From: Rubripirellula sp.
Lineage (GTDB): Bacteria > Planctomycetota > Planctomycetia > Pirellulales > Pirellulaceae
DNA length: 64,000 nt
Assembly: GCA_965216875.1 (NCBI GenBank)
Contig: OZ244207.1
Location: forward strand, 6,720,001 to 6,784,000
Direction: 5' to 3'
Made by a program: the position numbers and the translations under genes
Shown here: piece after piece, positions 19,756-29,480 of the stretch
Position numbering within the stretch: position 1 is the first letter of the stretch
Layout of the letters: each line of letters opens with the position of its first letter
Notes under the pieces: generated by a model
Database searches by the model: none
What the model saw: only the letters and a program-made list of their open reading frames with translations
What the model was told of the DNA's origin: nothing

Positions 19756-20898
19756 ATGCGATTGAAGCAATTGCTTTTGCCTCCGCCACCCATGCACACG
19801 CCTTGGTCCGGAGCGCCCAAGGAACCGGAACAACACCTCATCGCTCGCGATGGGGCCGATGCGGTTTCGATCGAGTTGCCCCTTTTCTGGTACGACCCGC
19901 CTTGGAGCCAAGTGCCGACCGAAGGTGCCGACATCCTGGCAACGGCCGTCGCTGAAAAAGGGGTCTTGGTTTCCGCGATGCGGAGTGACCTTTCCGACCC
20001 AACGTCCGAGCCTCGTTTTCATATGGCCGAATCGATGGTGACTTCGGATGATGACGATGCCGACGACGAAGATGATTACGACGCTCCCACCTATCGATTC
20101 CTGCCTCGCCTCATGCCCTATCGCCCCGAACGATACGGTTTCGATGTTCGTGATTTTGATGGAGCGCGAGTCATTGACTTGCGATTGGTCATGGATCGTG
20201 ACGCGACAGGTCGGTTTGCCTATTCGCCGTCGCAAATTGAACGTTGGGAAGCGACTCCGACCGGCGAGCCCCTTGCTGGCGGCGGTTGGGTTCCAGCCGC
20301 AACCTTTCCGCCCGACGTGGTTGCCATGGACCACTTGTCGTCAAAGATTGCTCAGCTTCGAGTCTTGTCGCCGACCGCCGCCGTCTTTGTATCGGTGGCG
20401 CCGTATCGCCTGGAAGCTGAATTGCCGAGCGTGTTGGCCGCTGGGCCTGATGGCGTGATCTTGCGACTGGACCAACTTGATCTCGACGACCTTGTGTTGG
20501 CCGCCCTCACGCGCAGGGCTCGTCAGATGATCGATGCGTCCGCCAATCCTTCGCTACCGCTTTGGGTGGTACCGGGCGAAATCTCGCCCGACGATGCGGT
20601 CAAGCTAACGGCGCTTGGAGCAAACGCAATCGCGATCGACGCGTGGTGCGACCCGCTTGTTCAGGAGACAAGTGACTTGCGACAAACCGTTGCATCACGT
20701 TTGGGGATTTCCCAGCAATTCAGCTACTCGGGAAAGGTCGAAGAGACCATCTACTCAATCGTCGAGTCTCGCATCGGCAGCCAAATCGATCGCTTTCGAG
20801 GACTGAGTCAATCGATTCTGCGTTTGCCACCCAAACAGCGCCTCGGGTCGTTCAGCGCCACCTGGGTCAAAACACTCGACGTGATGCCCCTTCGATAG
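19756..20898 (+). CDS. Degenerate FMN-binding glutamate-synthase-like TIM-barrel protein
   Basis: FPPDVVAMDHLSSKIAQLR, GPDGVIL, DAVKLTALGANAIAI resemble the GltS FMN domain; GGAGG before ATG 19756. Confidence 0.65.
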   Translation: MRLKQLLLPPPPMHTPWSGAPKEPEQHLIARDGADAVSIELPLFWYDPPWSQVPTEGADILATAVAEKGVLVSAMRSDLSDPTSEPRFHMAESMVTSDDDDADDEDDYDAPTYRFLPRLMPYRPERYGFDVRDFDGARVIDLRLVMDRDATGRFAYSPSQIERWEATPTGEPLAGGGWVPAATFPPDVVAMDHLSSKIAQLRVLSPTAAVFVSVAPYRLEAELPSVLAAGPDGVILRLDQLDLDDLVLAALTRRARQMIDASANPSLPLWVVPGEISPDDAVKLTALGANAIAIDAWCDPLVQETSDLRQTVASRLGISQQFSYSGKVEETIYSIVESRIGSQIDRFRGLSQSILRLPPKQRLGSFSATWVKTLDVMPLR

Positions 20899-20903
20899 GG
20901 CGT

Positions 20904-21077
20904 GTAGGTCATGCTGTGCATGACGGTTCGTAGTACCGAGCTTTAGCCGGAATCTTGGCCCTTCCGCCAAACGGCAGCCAAGTAGGTCATGCTGTGCATG
21001 ACAATCGAAAGACCGGCTTCAAACGCCATGTCGCTCTCTTGGGACCCGGAACGCTCGTCATGCGGAGCATGACCTAC
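20904..21077. repeat. REP mosaic: three family D copies (20904-20924, 20982-21002, 21057-21077 minus) and family F (20930-20956)
   Basis: GTAGGTCATGCTGTGCATGAC twice, inverted GTCATGCGGAGCATGACCTAC; GTAGTACCGAGCTTTAGCCGGAATCTT. Confidence 0.88.
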
Positions 21078-21096
21078 GAAGAGCGGGGCAATCGGG

Positions 21097-21621
21097 CTAC
21101 GTTCCTGCGCCGGATGTTTCTCCGGTCAGGACGCTCGACGGGATGTTGGTGAGCTGGAAGGCGTTTCGCATGATCGTATCGTCGTCGACCGTGACGCGAG
21201 CGTCAAAGTCGAAGAGGTGTTCGACGTGGCCGGATAGGGTGATGGTTGCTTGTAGCGTTGTGGTCAGCGGAGCAGCTGAGGGACGAGCAAAACTCTTGTA
21301 GCGGGCATGCTTGACGCGTACCAACACGCCGAGCGCGTACTCATTAAAGGTTGGATCAGCTGTGTCGAACTGGCGCATTGGGTTGTAATGCGCTGCGATG
21401 AGTATTCCGGCCGATTGGGTGGTCAGTTCCTGCATCATTGCACCTGGCATGATCGGCGCGCCCGGAAAGTGCCCAGCAAGAAACGGCTCATCAGCCTGCA
21501 GGTCGAATTCGGTCACCACGCTCGAACGCGTGATTTCGATAATCCGGTCGACCAACAGGTAGGGTTTGCGATGGTGAAGGTACTGCTCGACAGAGTCGAA
21601 GGAGTGATCGAAAAACGGCAT
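21097..21621 (-). CDS. FabZ-like 3-hydroxyacyl-ACP dehydratase (hot-dog fold)
   Basis: LHHRKPYLLVDRI, GHFPGAPIMPGAMMQE. Confidence 0.85.
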   Translation of the reverse strand: MPFFDHSFDSVEQYLHHRKPYLLVDRIIEITRSSVVTEFDLQADEPFLAGHFPGAPIMPGAMMQELTTQSAGILIAAHYNPMRQFDTADPTFNEYALGVLVRVKHARYKSFARPSAAPLTTTLQATITLSGHVEHLFDFDARVTVDDDTIMRNAFQLTNIPSSVLTGETSGAGT

Positions 21622-21691
21622 GGCGCAACTTGGTGGTAATGAGAAACCGAAAGACTTCCCAGCACTCTAGTCACGCGGCAAGGCCCTCGAT

Positions 21692-23701
21692 CTATTGGCG
21701 AAATGCGTCGGAATCGGCATCGCTTGGCATCCGCCAATCGCCACGGGGCGAAAGGCTCACGGATCCGACTTTGGGCCCATCCGGCACACAATTGCGTTTG
21801 AATTGGTTGGTGAAGAAACGTTTGAAGAAGGTATCAAGCGTTTCGGCAATCGTTGCGTCCGAGTATTGCTGGTCAAACTTCGCAAATCTCGCCAAATGCA
21901 AGATCTTGTCTTTGTCGTACCCGTTGCGGACGAAGTGGAACAGAAAGAAATCGTGCAGTTCGTAGGCGCCGATCGAGTTTTCTGTCGACTGTCGAATCGA
22001 ACCATCTTCCGCGGGCGGCAACAGTTCTGGAGAGATCGGAGTGTCGGCGATGCGGTGCAGGAGATCTTGGAGCTGGCCGTCAAAGAAGTGGTCGGCCGCG
22101 TAACGAACAAGGAACCGGACCAAAGTTTTCGGGATGGACGTGTTGACGTTGTACATTGACATGTGATCGGCGTTGTACGTCGACCAACCGAGTGCCTGTT
22201 CGCTCATGTCGCCGGTGCCCAGGACAAAACCTCGGCTCATCAACAGCATTGTGCGGATTCGTGCCTGAACGTTCTCGAAGGTCAAGTCTGCTGCGTCATC
22301 GGGAACCGCGATCAGTTCACTTTGCAATGCGTCGACGGTGGTGGATTCATCGATCGAAATGCCGAGTGGGCTATGCTTGAGCGCACGAAAGGTGTCCAGG
22401 CACATCGGGCGAATGTCAATGCATTCCATCGTGATCCCGGTTGCCTCGATCAATTGATCGGCACTGGACCGCGTGTGGTCCGTCGTGCCAAATCCTGGCA
22501 TGGTGATGCCGTGAATCGTTTTGCGATCACGACCCGATGCGTCGCAAGCTTGCAGGGCGACCAGCAAAGCGAGCGTGCTGTCGAGGCCTCCCGAGACACC
22601 GATCGACAGCGTCGTTTGGTCGCCGAGTCGCGACAAGCGTTTCACCAGGCCGGCGGTTTGAATCGCAAAGATCTCGGCACAACGCGCGTCGAGTTCGTCT
22701 GATTCATCGGGCACGAACGGGTGGCCATCAACGCGGCGTTTGAGGTCTTTGCGAAGCGGTTGCGGTTGATTTCCAGGAGCCGCATCGACGCTTCGATACG
22801 GTACAGCCAACGACGGCTCGATCTGTGTCACGTCGTCAAACGATCCGACCACACGGCGATCGTGAGCCAACCGTTGCAGGTCAACATCGCAGGTCACCGA
22901 CATCTCATTCACGTGCGCGGGTTGTTGGCCATCGCCGATGCGGCGCGATTGGCCCAGGATCGAACCGTTTTCGGCGACCATGCAGTGGCCACCAAAGACG
23001 AGATCCGACGATGATTCGCCTGGGCCGGCCGACGCATAGGCATACGCTGCGATGCAGCGCCCCGATTGGCTGCGTACCAAGTCGCGACGCCAAGCCGCTT
23101 TGCCGATCGTTTCGTTACTTCCCGACAGATTCAGCAAGACGTTTGCTCCGGCGACCGCCGCACGACTGCTCGGTTGGATTGGCGTCCAAAGATCTTCGCA
23201 AATCTCGACACCAATGGTTGCTTCACCCCACTGGAACAACAGATCGGTTCCAAACGGGACTTCGCCGCCGAACATCTGGAGACTTGTTGGGTCGGCATCG
23301 GACGCACCGCGGAAGTGACGTCCCTCGTAAAACTCGCGATAGGTGGGCAAAAACGTTTTGGGGACGATTCCACGAACCGATCCGCCAGCAACGACGGCGG
23401 CAACGTTCATCAATGAACCCGAAACGCTCAGAGGCAGTCCGACCACAACGACCTTTCTATGGTTGCCGCTGTGGTCGGCAATCGTTGAGAGGGCTTCGAT
23501 CGCTGCAACCAAAAGGGCATCGCTTCCGAACAGGTCACCGCAGGTGTAACCGGTCAGTCCAAGTTCAGGTAGCAACACCAAATCGGCATCACTCGCGTCG
23601 ATCACTCGCATCGAAGCGTTGGCGTTGGCTTTTGGGTTGCCGATCGCAACCGTCGGCGCGGCGGCGGTGATACGAAACAGGCCGTGTGGAAAGATGCTCA
23701 A
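21692..23701 (-). CDS. nadE: Glutamine-dependent NAD+ synthetase
   Basis: Nitrilase domain (PEL, PK, EICEDLW) plus SGGLDST, ENVQAR, ISPEL, SPRGDWRMPSD; TTG start overlaps the upstream stop. Confidence 0.96.
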   Translation of the reverse strand: MSIFPHGLFRITAAAPTVAIGNPKANANASMRVIDASDADLVLLPELGLTGYTCGDLFGSDALLVAAIEALSTIADHSGNHRKVVVVGLPLSVSGSLMNVAAVVAGGSVRGIVPKTFLPTYREFYEGRHFRGASDADPTSLQMFGGEVPFGTDLLFQWGEATIGVEICEDLWTPIQPSSRAAVAGANVLLNLSGSNETIGKAAWRRDLVRSQSGRCIAAYAYASAGPGESSSDLVFGGHCMVAENGSILGQSRRIGDGQQPAHVNEMSVTCDVDLQRLAHDRRVVGSFDDVTQIEPSLAVPYRSVDAAPGNQPQPLRKDLKRRVDGHPFVPDESDELDARCAEIFAIQTAGLVKRLSRLGDQTTLSIGVSGGLDSTLALLVALQACDASGRDRKTIHGITMPGFGTTDHTRSSADQLIEATGITMECIDIRPMCLDTFRALKHSPLGISIDESTTVDALQSELIAVPDDAADLTFENVQARIRTMLLMSRGFVLGTGDMSEQALGWSTYNADHMSMYNVNTSIPKTLVRFLVRYAADHFFDGQLQDLLHRIADTPISPELLPPAEDGSIRQSTENSIGAYELHDFFLFHFVRNGYDKDKILHLARFAKFDQQYSDATIAETLDTFFKRFFTNQFKRNCVPDGPKVGSVSLSPRGDWRMPSDADSDAFRQ

Positions 23702-24648
23702 AATGCGTCCGCCTTTCGATAGGCTGCAATGACTTGTTGTTCGCCAGCTTTGCCCTTGATGCTGTTGCCGTGCTCCATTCCGATCACGCCATCAAAACCC
23801 TTGTCATGCAAGTGTTCGAAGACGCGTCTGTAATTGATCTCACCCGTGTAGGGCTCTTTGCGGCCGGGGTTATCGCCCGATTGGAAGTAGGCAATTTCGC
23901 TCCAACTGGCATCGATGTTGTCAATCAAGTTCCCTTCGGTGATCTGCTGGTGATAGATGTCGAAAAGGATTTTGCAGGATGGGCTGTTGACCGCACGGCA
24001 AATCGCATAGGCCTGATCGCTACGCTGAAGAAAGACACCACCATGATTCGTGTGCCAGTTGAGTGGTTCGAGAACCATCACCAGTTCATGTGGCTCGATC
24101 ACTTCGACACAGCGGCGAAGCATGTCGATGACGTTTGCGGTTTGATAACCCTCGGCGAGACGTGGGCCGCCGTACTTGTTCCATTTCTTTGCATCAACGT
24201 GTTGTTGGTCGACACTGCCTGGGACGACAGTGAACCACTTTGCTCCGACTCGTTTGGCAACGTCGACGGCCGATCGTAACGAGGCCAAGATCACTTTCGT
24301 GGAATCTTCGTCAGGTCGTGCGAACGTGGGGCGATCAAAACTTGCGTAGGCGACAAACACACCCATCGTCATTCCGAGATCGTCAAGCGTCTTGCCAATC
24401 TTCTCCTGCGTCTCGGGGGTTTCGTTGGGAAGCCCGTTGTATTCAAACGCGGTGAAACCCTGGTCGGCGCTGAACTTGATTTGATCAATGACATCCTTGC
24501 CAGCCGAATGCTTGAACATGCCAGGGTGAGGCGCGTATCCAAGCTTGAACTTCTCGGCGGCGCTGGGGGTGGCGCCCAATGAGGGCGATGGCATGGTCGC
24601 CACGGCGGCAGTTGCGGCGAGGCCTTTGAGAATGTCACGTCGTTTCAT
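23698..24648 (-). CDS. Tat-exported hydroxypyruvate isomerase / sugar-phosphate isomerase family TIM-barrel protein
   Basis: KRRDILK Tat motif; LEPLN, LFDIYHQQITEGN, DNPGRKEP, GMEH. Confidence 0.9.
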   Translation of the reverse strand: MKRRDILKGLAATAAVATMPSPSLGATPSAAEKFKLGYAPHPGMFKHSAGKDVIDQIKFSADQGFTAFEYNGLPNETPETQEKIGKTLDDLGMTMGVFVAYASFDRPTFARPDEDSTKVILASLRSAVDVAKRVGAKWFTVVPGSVDQQHVDAKKWNKYGGPRLAEGYQTANVIDMLRRCVEVIEPHELVMVLEPLNWHTNHGGVFLQRSDQAYAICRAVNSPSCKILFDIYHQQITEGNLIDNIDASWSEIAYFQSGDNPGRKEPYTGEINYRRVFEHLHDKGFDGVIGMEHGNSIKGKAGEQQVIAAYRKADAF

Positions 24649-24720
24649 GGTCGTCTTGTCGATGTTGGAATATGTGAAATCGGTAACTCATGCGACCCAA
24701 ACGATGTTGCAAGTTGGGCT

Positions 24721-24753
24721 GAATGCCAATAATCGCCGCAATGATTGGCATTC
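24721..24753. promoter_or_regulatory. 10-bp inverted repeat, candidate operator or hairpin in a divergent promoter region
   Basis: GAATGCCAAT-N13-ATTGGCATTC, about 70 bp upstream of the 24648 start. Confidence 0.4.
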
Positions 24754-24806
24754 TTTTCGTTACATTCATCACCCGCACAGTACTCAGGTCGCTTTGGCTC
24801 CGAGGT

Positions 24807-24870
24807 TGTCGCCTTTTGCTCCGCAAAAGTTGCGTTTGCGGGCGCTACTTTCGCGGAGCGAAAGGCGACA
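24807..24870. repeat. Inverted doublet, family I (TGTCGCCTTTYGCTCCGCRAAAG)
   Basis: TGTCGCCTTTTGCTCCGCAAAAGT...ACTTTCGCGGAGCGAAAGGCGACA; partial copies near 24788 and 24895. Confidence 0.8.
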
Positions 24871-25021
24871 CTCAAGAAAGCACAACCTAGGGATCGAAAG
24901 GCGACACGCAAAACTCGCAGCCTCAGAGTGTGTGCGACAGTATAACCAACGCTGAAAAAACAGTCAGGCGACCTGCCTGAAACCCCTCATCTTAAAATCC
25001 AGCCTCTTCCGACTTTGCCCA

Positions 25022-25708
25022 ATGTCGACACCCATTATCACCCCCAAGTTGTTCAAGTTTCTTCGTGAGCTCAATCGCAATAACAATCGCGAGTGGTTCG
25101 CTGAGAACAAGTCGCGATACGAAAACGATGTGCGCGATCCGGCTGTTGAGTTTGTGAGCCAGTTGCAGAAGCCGCTGGCGAAGATTGCGCCATTGTTGCA
25201 GGCGATTCCGAAAGCTCACGGTGGCTCGGTGATGCGGATCTACAAAGACACTCGTTTTTCAAAAGACAAGACTCCCTACAAGACGAACGTTGGGATTTCG
25301 CTTCGCCACGAAGCCGACAAAAACATTCACGCGCCCGGCGCCTACGTCCATTTGGATCCGAAGGAGTGTTTTGTGGGAGTCGGCTGTTGGCGTCCCGAAA
25401 GCCGAGTGCTTTCAGCGATTCGGGCTTCTATTGACGAGGACGCAAAACGCTGGAAACGGGTTCGGGACAACAAGCGTTTCGTCGAGCACTTTGAACTTGC
25501 GGGCGAGCGATTGAAGACATCGCCACGTGACTATTCCAAGGACCATCCAATGATCGACGATTTGCGACGGATCGATTTCATCGGCGTTGCACCGTTGACT
25601 CAGGCCGAGATCACCAGCGGCGAATTCGTCTCTCTCGTGATCGACCGCATCAAGCGAGCCAAACCGCTGATGGAGTTTCTGTGTGACGCGATCGACGTCC
25701 CGTATTAG
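25022..25708 (+). CDS. DUF2461 (TIGR02453) family protein
   Basis: FLRELNRNNNREWF, RIYKDTRFSKDKTPYK. Confidence 0.93.
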   Translation: MSTPIITPKLFKFLRELNRNNNREWFAENKSRYENDVRDPAVEFVSQLQKPLAKIAPLLQAIPKAHGGSVMRIYKDTRFSKDKTPYKTNVGISLRHEADKNIHAPGAYVHLDPKECFVGVGCWRPESRVLSAIRASIDEDAKRWKRVRDNKRFVEHFELAGERLKTSPRDYSKDHPMIDDLRRIDFIGVAPLTQAEITSGEFVSLVIDRIKRAKPLMEFLCDAIDVPY

Positions 25709-25737
25709 TCCGGCTCGCGGAAAGACGGTGAAGTCTG

Positions 25738-25817
25738 GTGAGCCGAACGCGCTAGCGTCGGGCCTTGCGCTCGTCCTTCGCCTCTCCGAGGGGCCCGACG
25801 CTAGCGCGTGCGGCTCA
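25738..25817. repeat. Inverted REP doublet, family B
   Basis: GTGAGCCGAACGCGCTAGCGTCGGGCC ... GGCCCGACGCTAGCGCGTGCGGCTCA. Confidence 0.88.
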
Positions 25818-25900
25818 AGCCAAGCGGACTCGGAGCATTCGAAGAACGCTTTGACACGCGGAGAACGCTATCTCGCTGCGGTTGGGTTAAACTCGTCGGG

Positions 25901-27751
25901 ATGGAAACGCCAACCATTCGATGTTTAGCAACCTGCCTTTTTTCGGGGCTCGCGGTTGCGTTCTTTTTAGTGCTACATCCGTGGGGGAATCACATTGGTG
26001 GTTTTCCTTTGGTGGCTTGGACATGCGTGCAATCGATTGGGTTAATGCTCGTCGGATTGGCCGTTGGTTGGTTCTTTGCACGCAGCCGTGGAATGACACT
26101 CGTTGTTTCCGTTTGGGTCGCGATCGTGATGTTGGTTGTCATTGGCGACGTGATCACGTTTCATTGGATCGGCCATCGTCTGGTTTCGTCAGCAACCTGG
26201 AGGGTCATCACGCTGCGCGAGTCGCTCGCCGGCTACGTCACGACAACGATGGTCGCTTCGGCAGCCGCGTTGTTGGTCGGATACACGATCGTGTTGGTGT
26301 GCGTGTTTTGGTCTTCGGCTGCGCTGGCAAATTGGTTCCAACGCAGGCCGCGAAAGGTGACGGAACTCCAGCTGTTGGGCGGCATGGCGGTTCTTGGTTT
26401 GCTTTTGGCGATGCCCGCGATGTTGACGTTCAGCAAGACACACCAGGCCATGCAGCTTGCTTCGACAAGGCACCCACTTTGCGCACTTCGAATCGTTGGT
26501 CACAAAGGCGTGGGGGGTGAGGTACCGCCAGCAATTCGAACGAGCGAAAAACGCTCACCACTTGCTGATGCGATTGCTTCGGGCGACAGGAGGCAACGTT
26601 TGGTCTCGGTCGATCAGGAGTCGATTGACGAGATGCTGCCCGATGTGTTGGTGGTTGTGATCGAGTCGTTTCGGCACGAGTTGGTTGATCCTGAGGTGAT
26701 GCCGAACCTCGCGGCGGTTGCCGAGCGTGGGATTCATTGCCGCCGCCACTTCTCGGGTGGCAACGCAACCAACCATGGCGTGTTCAGCATCGTCAACGGA
26801 CTCGACGCAATCTGGTATGAGCGGCCAGTGCGTTTCAGCCCGTTGATGAACCGACTGCTAAAGCAAGCCGGGTATGAGCTTGGCTTTTTCGCAGGTCACA
26901 ACGACTGGCGCAAGTTTTTGATGGACGGATACATCAGCGAAAGTCACTACGGCGAATTCTATGTGACGCGACCCAATGGACTGGAGAGTGATCGCGATGC
27001 GGTCATTCACGCATCGCGTTTTCTCAGTCGCGACGAACCGAAGCGTGCCCCGCGATTCGCCCTTCTCTACCTTTACGCCACACATGCGACCTATCGAAGC
27101 TACGTCGAGGATCAGGTTTTTTCGCCGGCTGCCGACGATCGGTTTCTCTATCCCTACACAGCCGATCAACGCGATCGTGTCTGGAATCGATATCGAAACG
27201 CAGCCCACACCGTCGATCGGTTTCTCGAAAGTGTCCTTGCTGACGATCGAGTCGTGATGGTCACGGGCGATCATGGCGAAGCATTTCTCGAGGATGGAAC
27301 CTGTGGGCACGGTTCACGCTTGTCGAAGGTCCAAAACATGACGCCGGCGGTCCTTCAGATTCCGGGTGGCACGCCTCGGGTCATTCGCCATCCAACGTCG
27401 CATGCCGATCTGCTTCCGACGTTGTTGGCGGCGTTGGGTTTGCAGACAACCGATTCTGACGTGTTCGATGGCGTGGATCTCACGCGCCGTGACGACGCAT
27501 CGCTTTCGTCCCGAGTGCTTGTGACTCGCAATTACTTACAGGAAGACGTTGCGCTGATTGGTCCTTGGTCAAGGGACGATCCTTCGGAAGAGTCTCTTTT
27601 TGCTGTCCGCGCCGCGCTCTCTCTGGACGAACCCCGTTTCCGAATCCTTAACGCGATTGACGCAGCGGGCAACGAGTTGGACGTGAGTCAAGCGAAGATT
27701 GACCCCGCCAACCGCTGGCACCATCAGTTCCTGCGGAAACAGACTCCGTAG
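25901..27751 (+). CDS. Membrane-anchored sulfatase/LTA-synthase-like protein (YejM/PbgA-like architecture)
   Basis: About 5 N-terminal TMs; VVVIESFR, HFSGGNAT, TGDHGEAF, TSHADLLPT. Confidence 0.8.
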   Translation: METPTIRCLATCLFSGLAVAFFLVLHPWGNHIGGFPLVAWTCVQSIGLMLVGLAVGWFFARSRGMTLVVSVWVAIVMLVVIGDVITFHWIGHRLVSSATWRVITLRESLAGYVTTTMVASAAALLVGYTIVLVCVFWSSAALANWFQRRPRKVTELQLLGGMAVLGLLLAMPAMLTFSKTHQAMQLASTRHPLCALRIVGHKGVGGEVPPAIRTSEKRSPLADAIASGDRRQRLVSVDQESIDEMLPDVLVVVIESFRHELVDPEVMPNLAAVAERGIHCRRHFSGGNATNHGVFSIVNGLDAIWYERPVRFSPLMNRLLKQAGYELGFFAGHNDWRKFLMDGYISESHYGEFYVTRPNGLESDRDAVIHASRFLSRDEPKRAPRFALLYLYATHATYRSYVEDQVFSPAADDRFLYPYTADQRDRVWNRYRNAAHTVDRFLESVLADDRVVMVTGDHGEAFLEDGTCGHGSRLSKVQNMTPAVLQIPGGTPRVIRHPTSHADLLPTLLAALGLQTTDSDVFDGVDLTRRDDASLSSRVLVTRNYLQEDVALIGPWSRDDPSEESLFAVRAALSLDEPRFRILNAIDAAGNELDVSQAKIDPANRWHHQFLRKQTP

Positions 27752-27824
27752 GGTGTGTGCTTGCACGCACCAAGAAATCAAACCTGCTCCGCACAACAGG
27801 TGCGTGCAAGCACACACCCTACGG
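27746..27824. repeat. Perfect 26-bp inverted GTAG-REP doublet (family J)
   Basis: CCGTAGGGTGTGTGCTTGCACGCACC (27746-27771) / GGTGCGTGCAAGCACACACCCTACGG (27799-27824). Confidence 0.9.
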
Positions 27825-27971
27825 GATAGCTAGCAAAGATTATTCGCCTATCGTTGGGTTGGGGCGTTTCCCTAGACTCCGGCACTCGCAGAAAAAGTGG
27901 ATTTTCAGGCCGCGACGGACCGACGGCTTGTCCAGCTTTTTGGGCGACTATCCCTCCAGGAGTCTCTCGGC

Positions 27972-29225
27972 ATGGAAGCCGGATCACGCTCGGGTCGTTT
28001 TTTGTTGGCATTGGCTGCTTTTCTCTCTCTCGGGTTCATGACCGAGACGTCGAAAGCAGGTGATGCACGCTCACAAAACTTCATCGTGTTTGCTCAGGAC
28101 CCACACCTCGCCCAAGCGGTGTGTCAGGCAGCGGAAAAGTATCGGCGCGATCTAGCGCAATACTGGTTAGGCCGTGAACTGCCGCCGTGGCCAGCACCCT
28201 GCCCCATCCGTGTGGTCTCGGGAAGAAACCTGGCTGCTCAGGGAGTAACGACCTACAACCCATCGCCGGTTCGCGACTTTCAAATGGAAGTGGTGGGGAC
28301 GCAGCAACGAATCCTCGATAGCGTTCTGCCGCACGAAGTGACTCATACGGTTTTGGCAACCCACTTCGGCCGGCCGCTGCCGCGATGGGCCGACGAAGGC
28401 ATTTGCACCACGGTTGAGCACGCCTCGGAGCGCAGCAAGCATGAAGCAAAGCTCCGCGAATTCTTGCGAAGCCGCCGTGGAATCGCGATGAACAAGCTCT
28501 TTTTGCTCAAAGAGTACCCAGCTGACATTCTGCCAATGTATGCACAAGGCTATTCGGTCTGTCAGTTTCTGATCGCCCAGAAAGGCCCACGTGTCTTTAT
28601 CGAGTTCCTGCAAGACTACATGCAGCGTCCGTCATGGACGGCAAACGTCAAGAAACACTACGACTACGACTCGTTGAAAGAGCTCCAAGATTATTGGCTC
28701 GCTTGGGTCGACCAAGGTAGCCAAGACGTCACCAATTTTGTGAAGGCTCAACCCCCTCAAGCACCTTTGGCAACTCAAGCACCTGTGGCGCTCGCATCGG
28801 CAACACAGCCCCCACGCGCTCAAGCCAATGTCCAGCAAGCAGGCTCGGGAGTCCAGCGTTTGGGGGGAGCACGTACACCGCTTGCCCTGCACGATGCACG
28901 AGGCAACGGTGCGGCTGTGGCAAGCCCCGCGGGATCATCCAGCAGCCCTCGAATCGCTTCGAGTGCGATGGGTGGCATTGCTCATTCCGGAATTTTGCCG
29001 CCACCGACCAAACCGACTCAGGGCACCGCCCTGGCTAGCGCGGTCGATCAGGGCTGGTATCAAAGAAGGCGTGAAGGGGTGGCCAATCAAGGTACTGCAG
29101 CTGAGGCGAATACGAGCGTACGTGCGATGGTTCCCCCATCGGTCCGAGATAGCGGCCGGTACAGCTCCGCTCAACCTCAGCCCGAGCAACGGATTTCGCG
29201 GGGCGGTTACATCCTCCAGCCCTGA
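27972..29225 (+). CDS. Secreted zincin-like metallopeptidase (peptidase MA-like) with low-complexity tail
   Basis: Signal peptide; LPHEVTH and PRWADEG motifs; P/A/Q/S-rich C-terminus; AGGAG before ATG 27972. Confidence 0.8.
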   Translation: MEAGSRSGRFLLALAAFLSLGFMTETSKAGDARSQNFIVFAQDPHLAQAVCQAAEKYRRDLAQYWLGRELPPWPAPCPIRVVSGRNLAAQGVTTYNPSPVRDFQMEVVGTQQRILDSVLPHEVTHTVLATHFGRPLPRWADEGICTTVEHASERSKHEAKLREFLRSRRGIAMNKLFLLKEYPADILPMYAQGYSVCQFLIAQKGPRVFIEFLQDYMQRPSWTANVKKHYDYDSLKELQDYWLAWVDQGSQDVTNFVKAQPPQAPLATQAPVALASATQPPRAQANVQQAGSGVQRLGGARTPLALHDARGNGAAVASPAGSSSSPRIASSAMGGIAHSGILPPPTKPTQGTALASAVDQGWYQRRREGVANQGTAAEANTSVRAMVPPSVRDSGRYSSAQPQPEQRISRGGYILQP

Positions 29226-29378
29226 ACGCTGTCGTCCCCCGACCGAGACACCGGCAAACTTTCACCACCTTGACAACCGGTCAGATCGACTACCGCAAGC
29301 GAAAGAAACCTGCTATTTTCCTTTCTTGCGCGGCATTGTTCGCGTCTCGTAAAGCAGTTTTCTGCTGTTGAACCCCCA

Positions 29379-29452
29379 GAGGGATTTCTAGGAAGTCGGG
29401 TCTTGGCGCAGGCCGACCCTTGAGCCAGTCTACTCAACCTGCCTAAATCCTC
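29379..29452 (+). promoter_or_regulatory. Candidate structured leader RNA (three-way junction) upstream of the bL37-like gene
   Basis: Closing stem GAGG.ATTT.TAGG/CCTAAATCCTC encloses GGGTC..GACCC and TTGAG..CTCAA hairpins. Confidence 0.45.
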
Positions 29453-29480
29453 GCGGCAACCTTTACAACGAAATCAAGTC

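Noticed and set aside
29379..29452. tRNA or SRP RNA
   Set aside because: No T-loop (GTTC), D-loop or CCA, and no SRP GGAA/AGCAG motif; kept only as a candidate leader
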